From the NCBI GenBank assembly GCA_963804955.1, contig CAWDSQ010000026.1, forward strand, positions 64,001 through 128,000: 64,000 bases of DNA. The letters run 5' to 3'. The position numbers and the translations under genes are program-made. Below are positions 32,093 through 43,374 of the stretch, in pieces; position 1 is the stretch's first letter; each line of letters opens with the position of its first letter. A model generated the notes under the pieces. The model saw only the letters and a program-made list of their open reading frames with translations, was not told the origin of the DNA and searched no databases. Source of the stretch: an uncultured delta proteobacterium (GTDB lineage Bacteria > Desulfobacterota > WTBG01 > CAIYCZ01 > CAIRTM01).

Positions 32093-33760
32093 TTACATGG
32101 CTTTTTGATACTCCCGCCACAGCTGCGCTTTGGTGGCCCGGTGCTCAATGAAATCCCACGGAAAAAGCTCGTAGTGCGCCCGCTCCCGATAAACGTAAAA
32201 ATCGGGATTTATGTCGCTTGCGCGAAATGCCCTGCCCCAGTCTCCACCGAATTCATGAGCCTTCAGGAGCATCCTGCCGACCCTGCGGTCGCCGCGGCTT
32301 AAAAGAGCCTGAACATAGCCCCATTTAGGCAGGTCGCAGGTTACCTGAACCTTGCGCTCCGCACGCAGGGCCGAGGTAATCAGCTTCAGCTTATGTTTAA
32401 GCACGGCCACATCGCCGAATACCGCCCACTGAAACGGGGTCCAGGGCTTGGGCACAAAAGGGCTGATGCTGAGCTGTATGCGGTTGAGCCATTTTTCAGC
32501 CTGTGCTTCTTTGTAATAGATATGTTTGATCCGGCGCACCAGTTCGACAATCGCCGCTATATCATCATCGGTTTCCGTGGGCAGGCCGATCATGAAATAC
32601 AGCTTGATCGAGGGCACCCGGCAGCGCGACAGAACCCTGACCGCTGCTTCAATCTGCCCAAGTGAAAGATTTTTGCCGATAGACCGGCGCAGCCGCTCAG
32701 AGCCGGCCTCGGGCGCAATGGTGAATGTTTTGTGGCCGCACTGCTGCAGCAGGCCGACGATTTCATCGGTAAGCGCGTCGGCTCGAAGCGACGAAACCGA
32801 CACCATAACGCCCTTTTCCATGAGCGCCCGGATCAGGGCCGGCAAATGCGGATAATCAGAAACCGCAGCGCCCATAAGGCCGATTTTTTTTTGCACGACA
32901 TACAGCTCTTCAATATCAGGAAGGAGCGTTTTTGCGCTCCGCGGCCGATAGGGATTATACACACTGCCCACAGCGCAAAACCGGCAGCTCCGGGCGCATC
33001 CGCGGCTTACCTCGATAAGGCCCATATCGCTGAACTCGGTCTGAGGTGACAGAAAACAGGATGCGGTGGAAAAGCTGTCGACCTTACTGATCTGACGGCA
33101 GGCAATGCGCGGCGGAAAGCCCGGCAGCGCATCGCGGGATGCGAGGCAGCCATTCTCACCATAGTGCAGCGTATATCCCGAGGGAATATAGATTCCGCTG
33201 ATATCCTTATATGACGCGGTATCGCGGCAGGATTTTGCCGCCTCGAACTGATTCACTGCAGCAGTGCAGAACTGCTGCAGCACCTCTTCTGCTTCACCGA
33301 TAACAAAAAGATCAAAAAAATCCGCCAGCGGCTCCGGATTGAGAAAAGCTGCAACTCCGCCGGCAATCACCAGCGGCCTGCGGCTGTCGCGCTGCGACTG
33401 CACAAGAGGAACGCGGCCAAGGCTCAGCATGGTCAGAATATTGAGGTAATCATTTTCAAAGGAAAGAGAAAAGGCGATAATATGAAAGGCGTCAAGCGGT
33501 GTTGCCGATTCAAGGGAGCAGAGCGGCCTGCCCGTGCGCTGCAGTTCGGCCAGATCTTTCGCTTCAGGCAGAAAAACGCGCTCGCAGCGCACCTCGGGAT
33601 TTTCAGCAAACAGCCGGAAAACCGCCTGGAACCCGAGATTTGACATGCCGACATAATAGGTATTAGGGAAAGCAAGGGCAATGCGCAAAGGGCCGTTTCC
33701 CTGTTTTTTGAGCAGAGCCGTTTCAGTTTTACGTTCAAAAGTTTTCACGCGACCGGGCAT
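32093..33760 (-). CDS. B12-binding-domain radical SAM protein
   Basis: FPNTYYVGMSNLG, EVSRGCARSCRFC (CxxxCxxC), APEAGSERLR, KLYFMIGLPTE, FVPKP.TPFQ. Confidence 0.9.
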   Translation of the reverse strand: MPGRVKTFERKTETALLKKQGNGPLRIALAFPNTYYVGMSNLGFQAVFRLFAENPEVRCERVFLPEAKDLAELQRTGRPLCSLESATPLDAFHIIAFSLSFENDYLNILTMLSLGRVPLVQSQRDSRRPLVIAGGVAAFLNPEPLADFFDLFVIGEAEEVLQQFCTAAVNQFEAAKSCRDTASYKDISGIYIPSGYTLHYGENGCLASRDALPGFPPRIACRQISKVDSFSTASCFLSPQTEFSDMGLIEVSRGCARSCRFCAVGSVYNPYRPRSAKTLLPDIEELYVVQKKIGLMGAAVSDYPHLPALIRALMEKGVMVSVSSLRADALTDEIVGLLQQCGHKTFTIAPEAGSERLRRSIGKNLSLGQIEAAVRVLSRCRVPSIKLYFMIGLPTETDDDIAAIVELVRRIKHIYYKEAQAEKWLNRIQLSISPFVPKPWTPFQWAVFGDVAVLKHKLKLITSALRAERKVQVTCDLPKWGYVQALLSRGDRRVGRMLLKAHEFGGDWGRAFRASDINPDFYVYRERAHYELFPWDFIEHRATKAQLWREYQKAM

Positions 33761-33840
33761 GGGCAAGATATAGCATGCAAAAAAGCAGCCTGCAAGCTTC
33801 CGTGCCCGCAGGCTGCTGAAAGGCCATCACGCTGCCGGCA

Positions 33841-35049
33841 TCAAAAGCTCTGCTGCCGGCGAACGAACGTAGGGATATCATATTCGCCATCATCGGCAAA
33901 CTCGCTGATAATGGTTCCGATATTGATAACATTGGCTGGACGCTCCGACGGACCTTTTACGCGCTCCCGCGCCATTGCTTCCTGCACGGGGGCCGGTTTC
34001 GCATGAGGCGCAGGCTTCGGGGCATCACCGGCCGCGCGGTCATGAACAAGCGTGGGCCGCATCTGGCCGGATACGGTTTTCAGCGCGGCATCGCTCACAA
34101 AGCCCGTGGCAATGACCGTAATTTGAACCTTTTCGGCCATATTGTCGTCAATGGAAGCGCCAAAGATAATATTTGCATCTTCATGCGCCTCATCGCGAAT
34201 AACATCGGTTGCCTCGCTCAAATCGTGCAGGGTCAGGGAGCTGCTGCCCGTAATATTGATCAGCATGCCCCGTGCGCCCCGAATTGAAATATCATCAAGC
34301 AGGGGGTTTGAAATAGCCTTGCGGGCGGCTTCAACAGCGCGGTTTTCTCCGCTGTGCATGCCGATACCCATGAAGGCCATGCCCATATCCCCCATGATGG
34401 TCTTCACGTCGGCAAAATCAAGATTGACCAGGCCCGGCACATTGATAAGGTCTGAGATCGACTTGATGGCATGCAGCAGCACTTCATCCGCCATTTTAAA
34501 ACCTTCAAGCAGGGTGGTGCGCTTTTCGGCGATGGTGAACAGCTTTTCATTGGGGATGACGATCAGCGAGTCGACATGCTGCTTCAGCTCGTCAAGGCCC
34601 TCCTCTGCCACGCGGTTTCTGACCTTTCCCTCAAACCGGAACGGCTTGGTGACAACGCCGACCGTCAGGGCTCCCATGGCTTTTGCCGCCTCGGCAATGA
34701 CCGCAGCAGCGCCCGTACCGGTGCCGCCGCCCATGCCAGCCGCCACGAAAACCATATCTGCGCCCTCTATGGTTTTTTGAATGCGGTCTATGTTCTCAAC
34801 GGCTGCTTTTTTACCCACCTCGGGATTGGCCCCTGCGCCAAGGCCTTTGGTCAGGCCGTCGCCCAGCTGAATCTTGTGCATGGAGCGGTTGTTCTCAAGA
34901 GCCTGGCGGTCGGTATTGGCAACAATAAACTGAATGCAGTCGAGCTTGGAGGCTATCATGGTGTTGACCGCATTGCAGCCAGCGCCGCCAACGCCGATGA
35001 CCTTGATGCACGCGCTCTGATGTTGTTCCTGATCAAACTGAAATGACAT
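33841..35049 (-). CDS. ftsZ: cell division protein FtsZ
   Basis: IKVIGVGGAG, GMGGGTGTG, NLDFADV, C-terminal DIPTFVR. Confidence 0.99.
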   Translation of the reverse strand: MSFQFDQEQHQSACIKVIGVGGAGCNAVNTMIASKLDCIQFIVANTDRQALENNRSMHKIQLGDGLTKGLGAGANPEVGKKAAVENIDRIQKTIEGADMVFVAAGMGGGTGTGAAAVIAEAAKAMGALTVGVVTKPFRFEGKVRNRVAEEGLDELKQHVDSLIVIPNEKLFTIAEKRTTLLEGFKMADEVLLHAIKSISDLINVPGLVNLDFADVKTIMGDMGMAFMGIGMHSGENRAVEAARKAISNPLLDDISIRGARGMLINITGSSSLTLHDLSEATDVIRDEAHEDANIIFGASIDDNMAEKVQITVIATGFVSDAALKTVSGQMRPTLVHDRAAGDAPKPAPHAKPAPVQEAMARERVKGPSERPANVINIGTIISEFADDGEYDIPTFVRRQQSF

Positions 35050-35085
35050 GATCCGTCCTCCTGTATAGGATTGTGATTGCTTTAT

Positions 35086-36321
35086 TTAGAAAGCTTCAGC
35101 AAACCACTGCTTCATCTTGCCGCTGATCCCCCAACTGGAGGGGACTCTTGAGCCGGCTGCCGCAGTTTTCTGGATTTTTTGTTTAACATCTTCGCGGCCG
35201 GCAAGATACACGAGACCGACAGCGCCGGAATACATGGGGTGATAGACATCTCCCATTTCACGTACCCCCTTGGGATACCCGACCCGGACCGGAACGCCCA
35301 GCACCTGCTGCGCCACCTGGCAAATGCCCGAGAGCATGGCCGTGCCGCCGGTCAGCACGACGCCGGATGAAAGGCCCTCCAGACAGCCTGCCTGCACAAG
35401 CTCCTTCTTTACCAGCTGAAAGGTCTCCTCGACACGGGCATGAATAATCTGGCAGAGCGTTTCTTTGGAGACGGTGCGGCTGCCGGGATCACCGATGCTG
35501 ACGACTTCCATGGTGTCGTTCTGCCGCATCTTTACCCGAAAAGCCGTACCGGAATCGCATTTAAGCTCTTCGGCCTCTGCCAGAGGGGTGCGAAGCCCGA
35601 TGGCAATGTCGGAGGTTATATGATTGCCGCCGATGGGAAGCACCGAGCAGAAACGAACCGATCCTTTCGAAAAAACCCCTATATCCGTGGTGCCGCCGCC
35701 GATATCGACAAGAGCGCAGCCGAGCTCCTTTTCATCCGGAGTAAGAACGGCCTCGGCAGCCGCCAGATGCTGCAGGATGATATCCTGAACTTTAAGGCCG
35801 CTGCGATTCAGGCACCGCACCACATTCTGCGCAGTCGCCACCGTTCCGGTTATGATATAGACCCGCGCTTCAAGCCGCACCCCCGACATGCCCAGAGGAT
35901 GCTTGACACCCGCCTGGTTGTCCACCACGTACTCCTGCGGGACAATCTGCACAACTTCCCGGTCAGTAGGAATCACAACGGCTTTTGCCGCATCAAGCAC
36001 CGCCGCAAGATCGCTGCGCCGCACTTCCCGGCTGCTCAGCGGAACGACCCCGCTGTTTGCCATACCCCGTATATGGCTTCCCGAGATGCCCACGACTGCC
36101 GCTGAAATATCGCTGCGCGCCATCTGCTGAGCCTGCTTCATGGCCCGCTTGATGGAGTCAACGGTACTGTCCATATTGATAATGGACCCTTTTTTTACAC
36201 CATAGGAGGGCTGCGAGTTGAACCCGGCAACATGCACCTCATCGCCGATCACTTCCCCGATGACCACGCTTATCTTGCACGTGCCGATATCAATGCCTGC
36301 AATAATTTTTTTTCTTGCCAT
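35086..36321 (-). CDS. ftsA: cell division protein FtsA
   Basis: GIDIGT.K, GMSGVRLE, DIGGGTTD, VLTGG, C-terminal amphipathic KMKQWF. Confidence 0.98.
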   Translation of the reverse strand: MARKKIIAGIDIGTCKISVVIGEVIGDEVHVAGFNSQPSYGVKKGSIINMDSTVDSIKRAMKQAQQMARSDISAAVVGISGSHIRGMANSGVVPLSSREVRRSDLAAVLDAAKAVVIPTDREVVQIVPQEYVVDNQAGVKHPLGMSGVRLEARVYIITGTVATAQNVVRCLNRSGLKVQDIILQHLAAAEAVLTPDEKELGCALVDIGGGTTDIGVFSKGSVRFCSVLPIGGNHITSDIAIGLRTPLAEAEELKCDSGTAFRVKMRQNDTMEVVSIGDPGSRTVSKETLCQIIHARVEETFQLVKKELVQAGCLEGLSSGVVLTGGTAMLSGICQVAQQVLGVPVRVGYPKGVREMGDVYHPMYSGAVGLVYLAGREDVKQKIQKTAAAGSRVPSSWGISGKMKQWFAEAF

Positions 36322-36366
36322 ACAACGTCATCCTCTCTTCAAGAAAACGTTTGTTATAAGTTTGTA

Positions 36367-37238
36367 TCAGCCCACTTTTTTACTGTTTTTAGTCTGTTTT
36401 TTTTCACCTTCAGGAACGGCCAGCATAACAGTAGCCTGTTTGACCGTACCAAGATGAATGCTCCGGGCGCTCAAGCCTTTCATGGCCAGATCGCCCTGAA
36501 CGAATGCAAGCAGCCTCAGCTTTTCTTCAAAATCGCCAAACCCCACAAACACCTGCGTGCCGGTGGCAGTATCGTCAATGGTCAGTCCGACTGCAGGTTC
36601 AGCGACAATGCGCGTCCCGGAGCCGGGCCGGAGCATGCCGCGGCTCTCAAGCCCGCCCAAAAGGCCAAGAGCAGCATCAACAACCTGCGCAGCTGTCTGG
36701 CCGTTTGCCAGCACATACTCGCGCGTCAGCCCCGTAATACGAGGCAGCGTATCAGAGGTTTGGTCGGAGCATAAAAAAACCTCCCCATGGCTGTCCACAA
36801 GGCAGGCTGTCATCCAGCTGGAGCTGGGCTGCGGCCTGGCGCTCTTCAACCTGTATTTCGATAGTGTCGGGCAGTATGCGCTTCACGACTGCCCGGTAAA
36901 TCCAGGGGTCCTCCTCAAGCAGGCGCATCGTTCTGGTCACATCGGCAAAAAGTATATTGCGCCCCGGCGCGATGCCGGCGCGTTCGGCTATCCTGTCGCA
37001 GTCAATCAGGTTGCAGCCGCTTGTACGCATCGTTCGGATTGCCAGAAAATCTGCTGTCACAAGATAGAAGCATGTGCCGGCAACCAGCACCGCAGGCAGC
37101 AGAACGGGCAGAACCAGCCGCAGCAGCAGTGTTCCGCCGGCGGCAAATCTTCCCGCCTGTTCCTGGCGGCGGGTCCGCTGCTGCAGGACGCCTGCGGAGG
37201 TCTTTCTGCTTTTTCGGTTGAAACATGCTCATACTCAT
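36367..37238 (-). CDS. ftsQ: cell division protein FtsQ (frameshifts)
   Basis: TM helix, POTRA PWI..A.VKR.LPDTI.I.V.ER, LVD..GEVF, LP.ITG; position between ddl and ftsA. Confidence 0.85.
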
Positions 37239-37251
37239 ACAGATCTCTCGT

Positions 37252-38227
37252 CTATCGTGATGCCCGCTTATGCAGCCGGGCACTCCATAAAATCCGCTCC
37301 ACAAGCCTTTCAAAGTCAATGCCGGCATGGCCTGCGGCCTTGGGCAGGAGGCTTGTCTCGGTCATGCCCGGTATGGTGTTTATTTCAAGAATAAAGGGCC
37401 TGCCATCCGGTGTCAGGAGAAAATCAACCCGCGCCGCACCGCTGCAGCCAAGCACCGCATAGGTCTCCCGGGCAAGCTTTTGTATCTGCAGGGTAAGCTC
37501 CTGCCCCTATTTCAGGCGCGACAACATACCTGGTCGTTCCCTGGCTGTGGTACTTGGCTTCAAAATCATAAAAACCGTCCTTGGCAACGATCTCGACCAG
37601 AGGCAGCGGCTCGCCCGTTCAGCACCGCCGCTGTCAGTTCCCGTCCCTTGACAAATTCTTCAATCAGTATCTCGCGGTCATACTGCGCTGCCAGACTGAC
37701 CGCCTTGCCTATGTGCGCGGCATCCCTGACTATGCTGATGCCGATGGTTGACCCCTCTTCCGGAGGCTTGACGACAAACGGAAGGGGCAGGCTGATTGAT
37801 GTGGCTGCACGCTCAACATCTCCGTCTTCGGCAAACACGACCTGAAAGGCAGGCGTCGGCAGGCCATGATAGGCCAGCATCTTTTTTGGTAGCCACCTTA
37901 TTGATGGAAACAGCACTTGCCAGCACTCCCGATCCGGTATAGGCAATTCCCAGAAGTTCCAGAAGGCCCTGAACCGTGCCATCCTCCCCGAGGGCGCCAT
38001 GCAGGGCGATATAGGCAACATCAATCCGGTTTGTTTTCAGACTTTCGGCAATATTTCTGTCCGCATCGAGAGCCACAGCAGTATAGCCCTGCTCCCTGCA
38101 GGGCATGCAGAATGGCGCCGCCTGTCTTGAGGGATATGTCCCGCTCCGATGACATGCCGCCCATCAAAACGGCAATCCGCTTTTTTAAAAACTGCGCTCT
38201 TAATTCTTCATCGGTATTTTTAGCCAT
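37252..38227 (-). CDS. ddl: D-alanine--D-alanine ligase (several frameshifts)
   Basis: [43 protein letters not shown]. Confidence 0.93.
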
Positions 38228-38258
38228 TTCCTTAATCCTGAATCATGCACAAGCGATA

Positions 38259-39638
38259 TTATCTATTGGCTGCCGCCAGCCCCTTCAGTATCACCTCGCC
38301 CGACTTCCATACATCACCGGCCCCGAGAGTCAGCAGAACATCGCCCTGCTGCAGAAAATCCGCAAGAAAAGCCTCGGCGGTTTTAAAGTCCGGAATATAT
38401 TTCACATCCTTATGGCCGTATTCCTTCAGGCTTTCGCAAAACCTGAGCGATGTGACATCAGGCAGGGGCGCCTCGCCTGCGGGATAAATATCTGCCACAA
38501 CAAGCACATCGGCATCGTAAAATGCCGTCATAAATTCATTGAAAAGATGAAAGGTGCGTGAATAGCGGTGCGGCTGAAACAGCACAACGATCCGGCCCGG
38601 CGCAATCTGCCGTACGGCCTTGAGCGTCATCTTGATTTCGGTGGGATGATGTCCGTAATCGTCGATCCAGGTGATGCCGTTCTTTTTTCCGCGCAGCTGC
38701 AGGCGGCGCTGTATGCCCTTAAAATCGGCAAGGCCCTTCCTGATGGCCTTGAACTCAAGGCCCAGCTCAAGCCCCACGCCGATAGCGGCAAGTGAGTTGC
38801 AGACATTATGCATACCGGGAATACCGAGCTTGACCGTTCCGAGCTTCTTTTCATGCCGGTAGACCGAGTACGTGGTCATGTGCCCTTCGAGCCTGATATC
38901 GCGGGCCTGCAAATCGGCCTGCGTGGCGCGTCCATAGGTCAGCACCCGCTTTTTAATGCGGGGTATGATGCTTTGAATATTCTCGTCATCCAGGCATATG
39001 ATATTGACGCCGTAGAAGGGCACCTTGTTGAGAAATGTTACAAAGGCCTCTTTGATTGCATCGATATCGGGGTAAAAATCCATGTGCTCCCGGTCGATAT
39101 TGGTGACCACGGCAATGGTCGGCGGCAGATTGAGAAATGAGCCGTCGCTTTCATCGGCCTCGGCCACAAGAAATTCTCCGGAGCCGAGCACTGCATTGGT
39201 ATTGGTCTTGATCAGCCTTCCTCCCACGACAACCGTCGGATTGACGCCGCCCGCCTCAAGCACCGCAGCCACAAGCGAGGTGGTGGTGGTTTTGCCATGG
39301 GCCCCGGCCACGGCTATGCCGTACTTCAGGCGCATGAGCTCGCCGAGCATCTCGGCACGGGGAATCACCTGTATGCCCCGCTCCTGGGCGGATTCCACCT
39401 CGGGATTGCCTTTTTTTATGGCTGATGAAATGACCACGACATCGGCGTCGGTAAGGTGTTTTTTTTCATGGCCGTAGCAGATGCGCGCGCCGCAGGCAGC
39501 CAGGCGCTCGGTACTCTCAGACCTGCGGGCATCCGAACCGCTCACCCGGTACCCCAGATTCAGCAGCAGCTCGGCAATGCCGCTCATGCCGATGCCGCCG
39601 ATGCCAACAAAATGAATATGCTGATTTTTTTTATACAT
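38259..39638 (-). CDS. murC: UDP-N-acetylmuramate--L-alanine ligase
   Basis: HFVGIGGIGMSG, GAHGKTTTT, EADESDGSF, DDYGHHPTE, FQPHRYSRT. Confidence 0.98.
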   Translation of the reverse strand: MYKKNQHIHFVGIGGIGMSGIAELLLNLGYRVSGSDARRSESTERLAACGARICYGHEKKHLTDADVVVISSAIKKGNPEVESAQERGIQVIPRAEMLGELMRLKYGIAVAGAHGKTTTTSLVAAVLEAGGVNPTVVVGGRLIKTNTNAVLGSGEFLVAEADESDGSFLNLPPTIAVVTNIDREHMDFYPDIDAIKEAFVTFLNKVPFYGVNIICLDDENIQSIIPRIKKRVLTYGRATQADLQARDIRLEGHMTTYSVYRHEKKLGTVKLGIPGMHNVCNSLAAIGVGLELGLEFKAIRKGLADFKGIQRRLQLRGKKNGITWIDDYGHHPTEIKMTLKAVRQIAPGRIVVLFQPHRYSRTFHLFNEFMTAFYDADVLVVADIYPAGEAPLPDVTSLRFCESLKEYGHKDVKYIPDFKTAEAFLADFLQQGDVLLTLGAGDVWKSGEVILKGLAAANR

Positions 39639-39640
39639 AG

Positions 39641-39826
39641 TCAGCCTTTCCCGCGCAGCCGTTTCTGGCTGCGTCCGTAAAAAATCACACCGGTCCTGAC
39701 AAACAGGGCCTCCATGGACACGATGCACTGAATAAGCGCAGGGCGCTTGCGCAGCTGATAGCGCAGCGTCATGATTCTGTTGAGAATAACATGATTCATG
39801 CTGTTGCGGGCATTAACGATATCCAT
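39641..39826 (-). CDS. small basic hypothetical protein between murG and murC (61 aa)
   Basis: Strong SD gggaggagga; start overlaps murG end; stop 2 nt before murC ATG. Confidence 0.45.
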   Translation of the reverse strand: MDIVNARNSMNHVILNRIMTLRYQLRKRPALIQCIVSMEALFVRTGVIFYGRSQKRLRGKG

Positions 39827-40910
39827 GTCCTCCTCCCTTCTCCGCTGCCAGTCGGCAGCATTCCTCAACGACCTGTCCTGCCGCATCGGGCTGTGCAAGC
39901 AGGCGGGCACATGCTGCCATGCCGGCAACTTTTTTGCGGTCGGCATGTAGCGCAAGGACTGTCTGCGCCAGCGAACTGCCGGTGAGCTCGCCGGCAAGCA
40001 GCATGCACGCAGCGCCTTTGGCGACAAAAGCGCGCGCATTGTGTTCCTGATGATTATTGGCGGCATACGGATAGGGAATTAAAATCGACGGTTTGCCGCA
40101 CAGTGCAAGCTCGGCAAGGGTCGAAGCCCCGGCGCGCGATACAACGATATGAGCCTGTGCATAGGCGCTGTACATATCATCGATAAATGGCGACACCATG
40201 GCAGTAAGCCCGTGTTTTTCATATCCCTCCGATACCATCCCGGCATCCATGGCGCCGGTCTGATGAATAAAGCGAATAGAGCCCCTGCTGCTCTCAAAAG
40301 CAGGGAGGGCTTCCATCATGGCTTCATTAATGGCATGGGCGCCCTGGCTGCCGCCGCAGATAAATACGCACAGGCGGCCGTCATCAGGCTCCGGAGCAGT
40401 ACCCTGCTTCGACATGCGCACGGGCATTCCTGCAAAAACCGTTTTGCGGGCATTAAAAAAAGGCCTGCTTTCTTCATAGGAAATAAAAACCCTGTCGGCA
40501 ATTGCGCCTAGAACGCGATTGGACAGACCGGGCATGCTGTTCTGCTCATGAATTGCTGCGGGTATGCCCAGAGCTTTTGCAGCGGCAATGCCGGGAAATG
40601 AAATATACCCTCCAAGGCCAAGCACCAGATCGGCTCTGTGCCTGCGCAGGCAGGCAGCGGCTCGCAGAAAGGCCCGCGGCAGCGCTAGAACTGCACCGAG
40701 CTTCTGCACCGGGCCTTTACCCTTAAAGCCTCTCACCGGGACAGTCTCAAGCGCTAATCCCAGTTTCGGGAGAACGCGAGACTCAAGGCCTTTTTCCGTA
40801 CCAAGAAACAGTATCTGCGCACCTGAATCGCGGCGCAGAAATTCCTGCGCAATCGCCACCCCCGGAAAAAGATGGCCGCCTGTTCCGCCGCCTGCGATTA
40901 CGATATTCAT
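39813..40910 (-). CDS. murG: MurG N-acetylglucosaminyl transferase
   Basis: GGGTGGHLFP, HEQN, GGSQGA, RAGAST, HQEHNA. Confidence 0.98.
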   Translation of the reverse strand: MNIVIAGGGTGGHLFPGVAIAQEFLRRDSGAQILFLGTEKGLESRVLPKLGLALETVPVRGFKGKGPVQKLGAVLALPRAFLRAAACLRRHRADLVLGLGGYISFPGIAAAKALGIPAAIHEQNSMPGLSNRVLGAIADRVFISYEESRPFFNARKTVFAGMPVRMSKQGTAPEPDDGRLCVFICGGSQGAHAINEAMMEALPAFESSRGSIRFIHQTGAMDAGMVSEGYEKHGLTAMVSPFIDDMYSAYAQAHIVVSRAGASTLAELALCGKPSILIPYPYAANNHQEHNARAFVAKGAACMLLAGELTGSSLAQTVLALHADRKKVAGMAACARLLAQPDAAGQVVEECCRLAAEKGGGHGYR

Positions 40911-42020
40911 GCTTTCCCCATAAAATGGCACTGCCCTGATATGCTCAGCAGTATGCCCATGCAGCTCATATCGACAAGCAGCGCGGTTCCGCCGTAGCTG
41001 ATAAACGGCAGGGGCATGCCCTTCGTGGGCAGCAGGCCCATCACCACGCCCATATTGATGATCGTCTGCAGGCCGATGAGCACGATAATGCCCAGCGCAA
41101 GGTATGTGCCGAACAGATCATAGGAATTCATGGCGATCTTGATGCCGCATGCCACAATGGTTACGAAAAGACCGATAACAAACACAACGCCGACAAACCC
41201 CATTTCCTCGCCGATAACGGCAAGAATGAAATCCGTATGCGGTTCGGGCAGGTACAGCAGCTTTTGAGTGCCCCTGCCGATGCCTGCGCCGAAAATACCT
41301 CCGGAGCCGAAGGCAAGAAACGACTGCACTATTTGAAATCCCGCTCCGGTCGGGTCCTTCCATGGATTCAAAAAAGTAACCAGCCGCTCCATGCGATAGC
41401 CCTTGGCGGCGATCAGGAGCGCACCTGCAACAAGACCCGACGGCCCCAAGGCCGAGCATGAAGCGTTTTTTTATTCCGGCGGCAAAAAGCATGACTAACA
41501 GAATGGATAGAATCATCATGCAGGTGCCGAAATCAGGCTGAACGATAATAAGCAGGCACAGCGGCATAACAAGCAGCAGATGCGGAAGAATCCCTATTGA
41601 GAATTCCTTGATGCGTTCGTTCTCTTTTTTAGCCAGGCAGTAGGCCAGAAGAATAACAACCGACAGCTTGGCCAGTTCCGCGGGCTGAAATGAAAAGAAA
41701 CCCAGAGACAGCCATCGAACAGCACCGCCCGCCTTCACGCCGATGCCGGGTATGAGAACAAGCACCAGCAGCCCGAGCGTCAAGGCCCAGAGAGGATAGG
41801 CGCAGCGCTTTAAAAAGCTGTAGGGCACGCGCATCATGATCAGCATGCAGCCGATGCCGCACAGGCCGAACAGGGCCTGCTTCTTAAGAAAGTACATGCC
41901 GTCATGATACCGTTCTGCGGCGATAATCGAGCTCGCGCTGTAGATCATCATGATACCCAGGCCAACGAGAATAACCGGGACAAAAAGAATAATGCTCTGC
42001 GTCAGGCTCCTGTTATACAT
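40907..42020 (-). CDS. ftsW: SEDS peptidoglycan polymerase FtsW (frameshift ~41450)
   Basis: MIYSAS, FQPAELAK, QPDFG, LPEPHTDFI, LPFISYGG. Confidence 0.95.
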
Positions 42021-42027
42021 ATGGCAT

Positions 42028-43372
42028 TCATCCCTTCAGCTTTTTTACACTGTCAACGAAACACTGGCCGCGATGGGCATAGCTTTTAAACATATCGAAG
42101 CTTGCGCAGGCAGGCGAAAAAAGCACCGTATCGCCCGGGCATGCACGGGCGAAGGCTTCGGCCACGGCTTTTCCCAGAGAATCGGCAATGATCGTTGGCA
42201 CGACATGGCCGAGCTCCGCCGCTATCCGCTCTCTGGCCTCGCCAAGCACTACCAGGGCCTTGCCTTTGCCCGCAAGCAATGCCTCCAAAGGACGATAGCT
42301 GCCGCCCTTTGTCCTTGCCTCCGGCAATGAGGATGATGGGCCCCTCAAGGCTCTCAAGTGATTTGACGACAGCGCCGACATTGGTGCCCTTGGAGTCGTT
42401 GAAAAATTTGACGCCCCGTATCTCGTCAACGAATTCCATGCGGTGCGGAAGTCCGGTAAAAGAAATCAGCGTATCACCGATCACCTCTGCGGAAAGGCCG
42501 CACAGGAAGCCCACCGACCCGGCAGCCAGCATATTCTCAATATTGTGCGCGCCCCGCAGCTGTGCGCCTGAGGCGTCAAGCGTGAGACGGCGCCCGTCGC
42601 TGCGGCGGGCAAAATTGAACAGGCCGTCATGCCAGGCGCCGTTTTCAGTGCGCTGAGCGGCGCTGAAATAAAAAACTTCCGCCTTGATGGACGGAGCCAG
42701 GGCCAGTACAGCGGGGTCGTCGGCGCTGATCACGGCCACATCGCTGCTTTGCTGATTCATGAAAATGCGGGCCTTTGCCCTGCAGTATTCGTCAAATGAC
42801 GAATGGCGGTCGAGATGATCATCGGTCACATTCAGAAGCACGCTGATAAAGGGCCTGAAATGCCTGATTGCCTCAAGCTGAAAGCTGCTGATTTCGGCCA
42901 CGATATAGTCAAGTGTTTCGCTCTGCATGCAGCACTCGATAAGCGGCGTGCCGATATTGCCGCCGACAAAAACCCGCTTGCCTGCGGACTCAAGCAATGC
43001 GCCGATAAGCGATGTCGTCGTGGTCTTGCCATTCGTGCCGGTGACGGCGATGAGCGGCGCGCGCAAAAAACGCCAGGCCAGCTCGATTTCGCTTATCACC
43101 TCGATGCCGCGTGCCTGCGCCTCGATGACGGGCCTGATCATCATGGAGACGCCGGGGCTTATGACCACAAGGTCATGGCGTACAAACGTTTCAACCGAGT
43201 GGCCGCCTGCTTCGACAGCCATGCCCTGATCAAGCAGGTCGCCGGGCACATCAAACTTTTTCTGCATATCATTGAGCGTCACGAGGGCGCCCTTCCCGAG
43301 GCAGAAACGCGCGCTTGAAATGCCTGTTCTGCCGGAACCGACAACGAGAACTTTTTTACCCTGAAGATCCAT
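42028..43372 (-). CDS. murD: UDP-MurNAc-L-Ala--D-glutamate ligase (frameshift ~42310)
   Basis: TGTNGKTTT, EISSFQL, DHLDRH, NDSKGTN, SPACASFD. Confidence 0.96.
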
Positions 43373-43374
43373 GC

